The notes beneath the pieces are model-generated. The model was given only the letters and a program-made list of their open reading frames with translations, made no database searches and was not told the DNA's origin. The position numbers and the translations under genes are program-made. From the NCBI GenBank assembly GCA_951406725.2, contig OX597826.1:19344001-19408000 (forward strand): a stretch of DNA of 64,000 nucleotides, written 5' to 3'. How positions within the stretch are numbered: position 1 is the stretch's first letter; each line of letters opens with the position of its first letter. Of this stretch, positions 12,490 to 23,695 are shown in pieces. This DNA comes from Octopus vulgaris. Its lineage: Eukaryota.

Positions 12490-14380
12490 GCAAGTTCCCT
12501 TTTGGTCCCTGCTATATAGATTCGAGAAGACTTACATGCACTGAAGTCCCTAGTGCTACTTTCATCCAACTCAATCCTGTCTCATACAAAATTTTCCCAC
12601 GAGTTTGGGTTCGTGTTGCAAGCCTTTTAAAACTGCTTCCAATGCTTCTTGAAGTTTTTACAAGGCTCACCAACACTTCACCCTCTGTTCACAAGCTTAG
12701 ATCCTTTTTCGTAGTTCGATTGAGAAATTTTGACCACATATGTAGTTCAATGCAACTGGATTTTCTTCAGCTTAGCAGACACACTGATTGCAGTGGCACG
12801 TCTGAGAATGTCTCTATTGAGATTCTGTCACTTTAGTATCGATGCAGAGTACTTCTAAACAATTCAAAATTGTCCACATGTTTCAGTTCAGCATATTTTA
12901 ATTCCAGTACATACTTTTATTTCAGCATACTTTATATCCAGTGCATGTGCAGGAACAGACTGATGGAGGACTAATGTTTTTGCAGTGCTGATAGTGAGGC
13001 CAAAGTTGCAGGTCTTTAATAATTGAGCAAAACATACTTGCATATGCAAGCTATCCACTATCATATGTAAACAACAGTTCACAGAGGTTTGCTTAACTTT
13101 GGTTTTTACTTGCAATCTGCGAAAACAGAACAACTTATCATCATATTTGTGCCTAATGTCAATTGCAAGTGTAGGTGAGATGTTCTAAAGACAGAAAATA
13201 TGCTAATGGAAAGTGTTGATGCTCAGGCAGAAACCGGTTTCATAACATTTGTGACTGAAAAAGGTACATGTATGTCTCCGCTGCTCCGAACACTCACCAG
13301 CATGCCATCACAGGATTGGAGCATCATACACACGTATCATCTTTTACTAGGATCCTCCATAAACCACTACCACCACCACAACTTTAAGTTAAAATGTCCA
13401 TGAGATTAACAAAGGCTAGATAGAGGGCCTGAGCTCAATTCAAAGATCATATCCGTAATATTGTTTTTTTTACAACGGAAGTCACTTTCTGGCAGAAATT
13501 CTTCGTTGTAAGATAATGAAGTAATTCAGGAATATTCTTGCGAAAATTTTGCTGGTGATTAATGCGATTAAATTACCTTTAAAACAGTTACATGACTGCC
13601 ATCTCTGTTTATGTAGAGTTGAGCATTTTTGAATTGTTGGGAAATGGAGGCTGATGATCAAATCAGGAAAAGTAACTCAGGTTGATAACGAGTGTTTCAC
13701 CACTATAGGAATTGATTCTGTACATGGTCCTTTATTAAAAGACAATAACTTTATAGCTTCACTGATTTCAAGAAAAGTAATCAAAGAGCTGTGTTGATAA
13801 TCGGCATCAAATTATCAGAAGATTCTATATTTATGTTGACCATTACATATTACTTTTTTTGTGATTTATCCATTTCCAACCGCTGCAAGAATTGGGAAAG
13901 GAACTGGAGCGTAGATTGCAGAAAGCTTTCAAGAACATTTGTGCAATATTTGTATCAGCATAGATTTGTTTGTTTCTTCTAAACCCTTTCTTCAAGCCAG
14001 TTGTTTTCCATGAAACAGAGCATCAGCTTTTGATTGTGAGTTGGGATCAATGCAGTCAGCTTTAGTTCATTTTTCTTTTGAAGAAGTCTTCGGTTTGTAT
14101 TGCTATTTTCATCAAACCAGTTCCGGCGGCGTCTATATGAATGGGAAAGTATGTCAGCAGCAGAAGTATAAAGTTGCTCCCTATGTGATCAGTAACAGAA
14201 TTAGTTTTTGAGACATAATTTCAGAGAAGGCTCTACGAAATGTTGATGATCTAAAATACTCCAACTCTCTTGGTGGTAGTTCATCCTAAATTTCACCTTT
14301 CTTTTAATAATAATGAGCTTATGACTGCAGTCATTTCCACACATGGATTATCTTTATCTTCTGCGGACAAAACATGTTCG
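12490..14380 (-). mobile_element. RTE-clade LINE remnant (endonuclease end, RT, C-terminus)
   Basis: LFCFRRLQVKTKVK...NFGLTISTAKTLVLHQ (ORF 12888-13133), DGMLVSVRSSGDIHVPFSVTN and RRRRNWFDEN are all RTE signatures. Confidence 0.85.
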
Positions 14381-15569
14381 TTTCGACTTTTAATATTCCA
14401 GGCGGAAAGACTGTTTCGAGAAATGAAGCTATGTAGGTAATGGTGAAGTTCGGATGTAATATAAATGCTGCCAGGTTAATATACAGAAACTGTCGGATTT
14501 TTATGTAGCAAAAAGTTCTCAACTGGAAAGTAAATTTGTGAGGAGTATGTAGAGAGGCACTCGGACGCCACAAAGCAGATCTTGACTCGTCTAAACGAAG
14601 TATTCTTCAGTGAAAGAGATCAAAGAATAAGTCGAAATTAAACAGGTCTCTTCAACCACACACACACAGGCACACACACAGACAGACACACACACACACG
14701 CGCGCACGCACACACACATTATATAATTCTCAAGTAAATCATAACTCAAAAAGGACTCAATATATTGTAAATGTAGAGTGTATATTCTTTAATAAGGGAA
14801 AAAAATAACTTGACGTAACTGATCCAATATATACATCGCAAAAAATAAAAAATTGCCGATTCAAATATTTAAACCCAAGTCAAAGTAAAGAAGGAAAACA
14901 GAGAAGGGGTCATAAAAATAAATAAATAAAATAAAATAAAATACTCTGAAAATGAAAGGTGAAATTTTTTTATAAAGTAATATAGGACTGAATAATTGAA
15001 CATCACCCCAAAGTACATCTCTCAGTCACCCACATTTGTTTGTGTAGAGTAGGTGAATGATGAGGAAACAATACTGTTATTGTTTTACATTCCACTCACT
15101 TGCAGAATACACGAAATGAAATGTACTGTTTCACTTCCTCAAAAATTGAAATGCTCTTATTTCATTTTCCTTCTTTTTTTTTTTTGTTTTTATGAATATG
15201 TAATAACAAATTCAAACGAAATATATTTAAATATTCTCAGTTAAATAGCAAGAAACCCTAAAAGCATGTTCATGTGACATTTTATATAGTACTGCTTTGA
15301 ATTTGTTTAAAATATGAATCCGTCAATCTCCATGCAGAAAACATATAATTAATACTTATATTTCAGGTCACCATTTGAATTGAAAACTTTTTAAGAAAGT
15401 GAATAAGCATGGCACTAAAACTTTCACATCTCCCATTACTTACACTGTCAAAAGTAACGAGTACTATACTCTCTCTTTATCAAATAAACATTGCTTCGCT
15501 CGGATGTCCCGCAACAGAAGAAAACTCGTGCATTGTTCGTATTTTACCTTCTGGATTATTCTACCACAG

Positions 15570-16567
15570 GACTTTACATTCAAGCGGGCAGTTAGAAATA
15601 GAGTAGAAAGGGCTTTAGTTAAGACTCTAGAAGAGGCAATGAGGTCAGGCTGTGCATCCAAAGTTTTAGCGGCGAGGTTGGCGCTCGACCAACAACTCAA
15701 AGCTAAACACGACGGGTGCATTGTCAGGGCTAAGTTACGTGCAATGGAACAAGAGAGAATCCACATCGCCGGATGGGCCCGCGTGGTAGAGAGCCAACGC
15801 GGCAACAATTCAACTATACGGTCTTTGACGGACCCACATGGTCGTTCAGTAAACGAGCCCGAGATGTGCAAGGTGTTTCATGAGCATTTCGCCCAGCATT
15901 TCGAAGGAGGGGGGGACCTCGTGGACTTCCTCGCTGTCTCGCCGCGTCTCTCAGGGCAAGGGTGGGGCTATGATCCATTTAGACTAATCAAAAGCGTTCA
16001 ATAGGGTTGACCATCAATATCTGGCGGCGGCCGGTTTTGGCCCGATCTTCCAACTGTCGACCGAATCTATAATTAAGATTGTTCTGCCGCCTTCCCTGAA
16101 TAGGGAAGAGCAGGCTTGTTTTCTCTCGGTAGTAGCTATCGCGAAAGGGGTAGTGTGGAAGATGAGAGTGAAAGGGATCGTAACAGGCATTTTCGAATCC
16201 AGCCTTGGGTTGGTTGACTTTTTTCTTTTTCATATGAAGAGAAAAATAAGGCTGGAGAAGAGATGACTGTTGCACGGAGTGTTTCGGAAAAGATGGAACA
16301 CTATAGCAAGCGTGTTGAGAGTGAGTGAACCTGTTTGAGCAAGAACACAAGTGCATAAAAAAGGTTTCAGTGTTGGAATGTGGTTTGTGGGGTCGACCAC
16401 GTCCCTTACTTCATCATTGTTAATCATTCGCTTTTCATTATCGTATTGCATTTTTGTAATTTTATTTTTATGTTATCACGTTGTTATTCGCATTAGAATC
16501 CCGACCCCTTGTCTGTCCTTTTTTGTCCACTCTTCATCAAGACCGTAATGGCTAATAAAGAAAAGAG
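15570..16567 (+). mobile_element. Tx1/L1-clade LINE, internally deleted, with 3' UTR
   Basis: GCIVRAKLRAMEQE...IRSLTDPHGR...CKVFHEHFAQHF, then MIHLD*SKAFNRVDHQYL (RT motif), then HMKRKIRLEKR, ending with AATAAA and an A-rich tail. Confidence 0.8.
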
Positions 16568-16855
16568 TTTAAAAACGGCTACGTGAAGCTTGAAATTCAT
16601 ATCGGAATATTTCATTGTAAACATTATTATTAAGATTAAAATAAAAATTATCCCCTCAAAAAAGCCATCTCTACTTGTTCTTTCAAAAAATATATGCAGT
16701 ACCAAGAACTTTCTCTTTATTATTCTACTACACACACACACACACACACACACATATGTATATATATATATATGTATGTATATATGTATATATGTATATA
16801 CGTATGTATGTATGTATGTATGTATGTATGTATGTATGTATGTATGTATGTATAT

Positions 16856-17431
16856 CACTAGAAGTTAACAAGCTGACGAAATCGGGGGAACGAGAAAAAT
16901 AGCCACCATACCAAAGTGAGGGACAATCGCAAATGAAATTGCAGATATACCCATATTCGTTGATTTCGAACTCTGAGATATTTCTCTTAGTTCTCCTCAG
17001 TGGGTCTTGCTAAAAAGTTACTCGCCTCGTTAAAAGTTTGATAAAACCGTTAAAGGCTAGCGCCAAATTCAAACGGTAGTAGTGTATAATTATAGATAAT
17101 ATTATTAATAATAAAGAATAATACTATAGGTGGCTAGTTAGCAAAAAACCAAAAAGGTAAATTCATAAACAAAGGTACTAGATAATTTTCCTCAGTGGAA
17201 CAGTGCTAAGAGAAATATCTCAGAGTTCGAATTCCCGTGATATGGGCATATCTGCAATTTCATTGGCAACTGACCCTCACTTTAGTATGTTGGCTATTTT
17301 TCTCGCTCCCCCGATTTCGTCAGCTTAACTTTTAGTGCTATTATGACTAACTGAGTTACTTTTGACTCTTATTTCTAGCAACACTGGTGCTATCTAGTAC
17401 CTTTGCTTATAAATTTGCCTTTTGGATTTTT
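16856..17431. repeat. two interleaved inverted repeats beside (TATG)n/(TA)n
   Basis: 16856-16990 pairs with 17207-17338 (~130 bp); 17143-17184 pairs with 17392-17431. Confidence 0.85.
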
Positions 17432-17493
17432 ACATATATTATTATTATTATTTATTAATAATAATATCATGATTTATAATATATACATATATA

Positions 17494-18131
17494 ATTTAAA
17501 TTTAAAATAATAAGAGTGAAAAATTTGATATTAATTTGATTAATATCAATTTAAAATCAGTGGTGTAGCATATTGAAAAATCTGAAGATTCAGAAAAATT
17601 GTATTACATACATATAAGAGGGATGGACCACTAAGTGAACATCCATTATGCTAGAAGTAGAACTCCTATGGTCTTACCACAAATAAAGGATTGTTCTGAA
17701 GAAAATTTAGCAAACGCCAGAACGTAAGCGAGCAAGGCAAATGAAAAGATACAAAATATAAAGAATTAATCACAAATCCAGTTTTGTTGTTACCACTTAC
17801 GTAATTACCTACGTAATTTTCAGCAACTCATCAGTGTGATCATCATAGCAAAATATAATTTGCAGAACTATACACGAGACGTCCGCATGAGATTGAACAT
17901 GTATACAGTTCTACCAATTACATTTGGGGTTATCTTTGAACAGTCTACGTTTTGGCGCGCCAAAATACCGGAAATAATTCTGCAGAGAACATAGTTATTT
18001 AAATTTAAATTTAAAATAATAAGGGTAAAAAATTGAATATTAATTTGATTAATATCAATTTAAAACCAGTGGTCTAGCATATTGAAAAATCTGAAGATTC
18101 TGAAAAATTATATTACATACATATAAGAGGG
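17494..18131 (-). repeat. ~135 bp direct repeat (period ~508) enclosing an HHR-like motif; PLE pLTR-like
   Basis: AATTTAAATTTAAAATAATAAG...CATATAAGAGG at 17494 and 18002. Minus-strand CTGATGA..GAAA motif at 17793-17840. Confidence 0.75.
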
Positions 18132-18644
18132 AAACTTCTCCGTTTTCCAAAAAGCTAAAAGTGAAACATTGGAAGTGTATAGGTTTTTGAAAGTGGTGAG
18201 GTGATGGGTAAAATTCTTAAAGATTCATACTGTCTGTGTGTTCCCCATGGATTATCAAAAAAAATAATTTGAAAAAATAAAAAATGAATTTGGTGTAGAG
18301 AGGGAGAAAATATTGAGAAGGTGTTTTGTGAGTGAAAATTTAATGTCGTGTTTCGCAAACATAGAAATCGGAAGAAATTTAGGAAAAAACAAGGCTAGAG
18401 AGCGGAAATGTCACCTCGGACATGCTAGAAAGAAACGGTAAAGGACAGGATGTCAGGGAAAACTTTCTTTTAAGTTTATATCGAAGATCAGGATTTTAAA
18501 TACCCTCGAAACAAACACAAATTACACAATAGAAAAAAATCATTTCAATTGGATTTGAGATTTAAATTTGCTCGTGCACGCTGCAAGAGATAACATAATT
18601 CACAGAGAAGTTTTACCTACAGTGTTAATATATATGTAAGTGTG

Positions 18645-18702
<58 letters not shown>

Positions 18703-19726
18703 GAAGTTACTTTATGGCATTCTTTCGTTTGAAGAAGTAAACTTGTCAACTTTTCATATACACGTATATAAATAGGCACAGGTAAAGCATGCACATGTAC
18801 AACCAAAAATGTATTCATATGTATTGATGTATATACGTACACATGACAACACACCCCTTAAGTTACTCTCTTTCTCTCTCTCTCTTTCTCTTTCTCCCTT
18901 CCTCTGTCCCCTTCTCCCTTCCTCTCGCTCTCTTTCCATTCCTCTCTCTCTTCCACACTCTCTCTCTTTCTCTCTCACACGTCCATTTCATACACACGTA
19001 CACACATCTTTCATTTTCTCTCTTTCACAAAACTAAATAAATAAATAAAAAAATACGGAAATTAACGAACGCAGATGACAGCTCTGCAAGTCAAAACGAC
19101 AGAACGCCAATGCAACTTTCTTTATTATAATACAGATGTGACTAATTCGGAGAAACATTACTTTCATTATTCACACATCGTCAGTCTCGTAATCGAACTC
19201 TGTAATTCTGGTTGAAATTGAAAGTGGGAAGATGTTTTCACTTTCTAATGAAACCTAGTCGTTGTAACATTCATGATCAGCGTGTTTCACAGTTGGGTGG
19301 GTAGATGGGAGGAAAGTCACACACACATATACTAAGACACACACACACACCTCAAGCCTAACTCTGTCCCTATGTGTGTCTGTCTGCGTTTTTAGATGTG
19401 TGTGTTTTTAGATGTGTGTGTGTGTGTGTGTGTGTGGTCACAAAAATGTATATATACTGACAGACACGAACACCGTTGCACACATATACTTGTCAGTCAT
19501 CGGCCTAACGTACGTAAGGAACGCGCGAACACAGATAGAAAATGTGATGGTGGCGGTGGTAAAAGATGTCGTTTACGATAGGTGAATAAAAGAAAAATGA
19601 TAATCTTAAACTTTTGTAATGTAAATAAGTGAATGAAAATATAGTTTAGTTGATAGCCAAAAGCCTACTGAATCTTTTGACTCCCTTATGTCAAAAACGG
19701 CAATGCGGTTTTGGAATGCATAAGGA

Positions 19727-19798
<72 letters not shown>

Positions 19799-19864
19799 AC
19801 ACACACACACACACAGAAACTCTTTTATATATGTGTATATATAGATAACATAGTTCTAATATCA

Positions 19865-20818
19865 TGACAAATTGTTTCGTAACTTAAAAACCATGTAAAT
19901 AATTTATATTATATCTAATAATAAATAAAATGAAAAAATTGAAAGCAAAATAAAGTCTTTCTTTCACCTGTGGATGTGGCTTAGATTCTGCACTATTTTG
20001 AAGGAACTTTTGCATTTTGCATTAATGCAGACATGTATGCAATTTATTTATTATTAAATATAATAACGTAAGAAGATATCGTACGTTAAATTCAACTTAC
20101 GTTGAAAGTCAACAAAGTTTGCTTTAGAAGCGTTGAGATGTATTGAAAAATAAGGAAATAATTTTATTCTCAAATGCAGGATAATGCTAATAATATAGCA
20201 TGAACAGGATAAACTATCCATATTGTGCAGAAAACTCTGCTGGCGGCCAGCCATGAGACTAGATTTGTATATCCTAAAATTGCAGAAGAGTTTGTCATTG
20301 GGGCAGTTTAGTTTACTGGTAAAGCACTAGACGCGTAATCACAGGGATATAAGTTCTAGTCTCATGACTGGCCGCTGACAGATTTTTCTGCAAAATATGG
20401 ATAACTTATCCTGTTCAAGCTATATTATTAGCATTATCTTGCGTTCGAGAGTAAAATTATTTCGTATCTGTATCTTCCAATACATCTCAACGCTTCTAAA
20501 GCAAACTTTGTCGACTTTCAACTTAAGTTGAATTTAACGTACGATAGCGTCTTATAAAACTAGATTGATATATCCTAAATTTGCAGAAGAATTTGTCGTT
20601 GGGTCAGTTTAACTTAATGGTAAAGCACTTGACGCGTAATCACAGGGGTGTCAGTTCCAGTCTCATGGTTGCCGCCGACAGATTTTTCTACAAAATATGG
20701 ATAGCTTATCCTGTTCATGCTATATTAGCAATATTCTGTGTTTGACAATAATATTATTTCCTTACCTTATAATAATATAAATTATTTACATATTTTTCAG
20801 TTACGAAGCAATTTGTCA
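19865..20818 (+). mobile_element. inverted plus partial-tandem element, 301 bp unit containing a tRNA-like cloverleaf
   Basis: Unit 20258-20557 repeated at 20558-20767; inverted partial copy at ~20075-20262; outer inverted repeat 19865-19912 / 20772-20818. Confidence 0.8.
20301..20374 (+). pseudogene. tRNA-like sequence (Thr-CGT-like), copy 1; copy 2 at 20602-20674
   Basis: Two-copy consensus gives acceptor GGTCAGT/ACTGGCC, D-arm with TGGTAAAGC, loop CGCGTAA and T-arm ..GTTC(T/C)AGTCTCAT. Stems are imperfect and U33 is absent. Confidence 0.55.
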
Positions 20819-20849
20819 GAATTTTATTATTGTGAAATAAAATTTCATC

Positions 20850-22710
20850 AAACTATTTCCCTTCTGGTCGCTCTCAACTTCTGTTCACTCACGACATTAA
20901 GTCTCTGTATACGGTGATCCCACACAACGAAAGTCTTCTTGCGCTTAAACACTTCCTTGACCCTCGGCCCGACCCTCAGCCTTGACACCGCCACACTTCT
21001 TCGTCTGCCCAAACTTGCCCTCTCCCTCAACTGCTTCTCGTTCGCGGGGCAGTTTTACCAACAGTTCTCAGGAGTGGTCATGGGAACGAGAATGGGCCCC
21101 ACCCACATCAAACTCTCTTTCCCTTACTCCCTATTCCTCCGTCTACACAGACTCTGCACTGACGACTATGACTTTGAGACTCAATTTCAACTCATGGCTC
21201 GCCATTTCATCCTACGTTGATATCTCCTCACCATAATTGACACCGCCCTTACTCGGGCACGATATGTAGACCGCACCTCTGCTCTTTTCGCCCTACCTAC
21301 TACCCCTCACCTCGTACATATTCCCTAACCTACCCCTTCCCTCCTTCAAACGAACCTATAACTTGCCGGACCTCCTGGTCCACAGTTTCTTCCCTATCCT
21401 TGCCTCCCAGCCTATTTCCTACCCTTGCTCTCGTTCACGCTGTCGCGCATGCCCCTACCTCTCGAACACCACCATCCTCACTGGCACCCATCACCGTCCC
21501 TATCACATCACCGATTCCTTTAACTTCACCTCTAGTAATGTTATTTACTGCATCTCCTGCTCTGTCTGTCCTTCATTCTACATTGGTTAAACGTGATGCC
21601 GCTTGGCTGACCGGTTTGCGGAGCACCTCCGAGAATCAGACTCTGCAATGACACGCCGTTTCGCGCCACTCCCGCTCTACTGATCATTTGCTACAACATC
21701 TGTCTGTGTTCGGACTGTCTCTGCACAGGGGCCACCTGGACTCCCGCCTTCGCTGTGAACAGGAATCAATCTTCTCTCTTCGTTCCTTTGCGGTATGTGG
21801 ACTCAACTCACGACCAACCCCACACAGATTCCAACACATCTCCCACATGCAACTGCCCCTCCATCTACATACCTGCAAACCCCCAGTCTCGGTACCCTCA
21901 CCACACACACATGCCATTATGCAAACACTCATACACACTGGTCAACTCATTACTCACTTCCCGCACCATTACACAACACATTCTCACTCCACACACACTA
22001 GTACCGAACACTTCTCAGCACTCACACTGCACACCATTATTCACACACCCACACAGAATGTTCAGTAGCGTCACCATCCATATCACTATACGAGCGATTA
22101 CACACACACTGTTTAACTCAGTACATACACCACACACCATCATGCACACTCCCACACCCACACAAAACGATAATACTTGAACGCTGACAATATATACACA
22201 ACACATACGCAACACCCGTAGACAAAGATAACTTTCACAAATATACACTATACACATGTACTTTATTTCGTCAGACATACATACACATGTGCACACACAA
22301 CATGAACAAGCATACATCAACTGCAGTACACAACACACACACACACACGCGTTAGACCCACTCATCCCCATTCACACATACACATTCACACACATCATTC
22401 TTACATACACACAAAAGCTTGCGCACCTTTGTTCTTTGGGGTCACGATTACCTTTATCGTTATTATTATTATTATCTGCCTTTTATTCAACCTCTTTTTC
22501 CCTATCAACTCATGAACCGTTGACCTCTGCACTCTTTTTCTCTCCGATTTGTTTTCATTCTTTCTCAATTTTTCCCTCTTAATCCTTTCTGTCGAAGAGC
22601 GTGGGTTTGAAACGTAAAAGACCAATTCATTTTTCCTGGGCGTTAAACTAATACACCTGTCTGTTGTTTCTACACCTGTGCTCATCTTTCGTTTTTCTGC
22701 AAATTTGAAC
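20850..22710 (+). mobile_element. Penelope-like (Neptune-type) retroelement remnant: RT, GIY-YIG, 3' region
   Basis: LFTHDIKSLYTVIPH...FYQQFSGVVMGTRMGP (RT); PYSLFLRLHRLC; PCSRSRCRACPY...TSSNVIYCISCSVCPSFYIG and RLADRFAEH (GIY-YIG). Ends in (TA)n with an HHR-like motif at 22583-22622. Confidence 0.9.
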
Positions 22711-22721
22711 TATATATATAC

Positions 22722-22750
22722 AGACAGAAGACAGACAGACAGACAGATAC

Positions 22751-22811
<61 letters not shown>

Positions 22812-22824
22812 GACAGACAGACAT

Positions 22825-22869
<45 letters not shown>

Positions 22870-22882
22870 GACAGACAGACAT

Positions 22883-22943
<61 letters not shown>

Positions 22944-22950
22944 CAGACAG
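22722..22950. repeat. (GATA)n/(GACA)n microsatellite
   Basis: Read directly. Confidence 0.95.
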
Positions 22951-22952
22951 AT

Positions 22953-23172
22953 ATTCGAAGTGGGGCTGAAAAGTTCCTAGCTTTAAGGGCATCGTGAAAG
23001 GCCTGGCTGGAGGCCCAAGCTTCTGATTTCTTTTACAGGGCTTAGGAAAACTGAAGGACCTCTACAATAGGTGTGTAAATCTGAGAGGGGAATATGTTGA
23101 ATAAATTCATAATTAACTGATCTTCCTGTATTTTCTTCTACCCAAAACCAGGAACTTTCCACCATCCTTCGT
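22953..23172 (+). mobile_element. short non-autonomous mariner
   Basis: TIRs CGAAGTGGGGCTGAAAAGTTCCT / AGGAACTTTCCACCATCCTTCG; interior encodes NRCVNLRGEYVE*. Confidence 0.8.
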
Positions 23173-23414
23173 GTGTATAAGGGAGGCAGACTTTGATCCG
23201 TAGGTGCTAGGAGTGACCGTGTAAGAAACTATTGACGATATACTGTCGTATAAAAAAAATCAATGGACAACGTACACTGAACGTAAGACATAGAGGTAAT
23301 TTTGAAAACTCTTTTAAATGGAGGGGGGGAGGCTTTACCTGTGCTTAACGTTTCCCACATACAGACATATGGATACATATAAATAGATGTTGATCCCCCT
23401 TGTCTCTTTCTCTC

Positions 23415-23467
<53 letters not shown>

Positions 23468-23660
23468 TACATGCATTGCACTACAGAGACCGTACACTTA
23501 CATCGTATATGCGCAGAAGCACGTTCTTCACAAACATCCCAAGCACACTCAGAAGTAGATATCCACGAAGTCTATAATAAGAAAATGGAAGTGTATTTTT
23601 CAGCCTCTTCAATATACACAATATATCTGAATGTGTATTGGTTGATAGATTTTTCCGGCA

Positions 23661-23695
<35 letters not shown>

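Noticed and set aside
15399-16004. 201 aa ORF as a host gene
   Set aside because: Its C-terminal two-thirds is Tx1 LINE ORF2 and the N-terminus is read-through of flanking DNA.
20301-20674. Functional tRNA-Thr genes
   Set aside because: Anticodon and T stems are broken, U33 is missing, there is no adjacent terminator, and they sit within a repeat unit. Kept only as tRNA-like.
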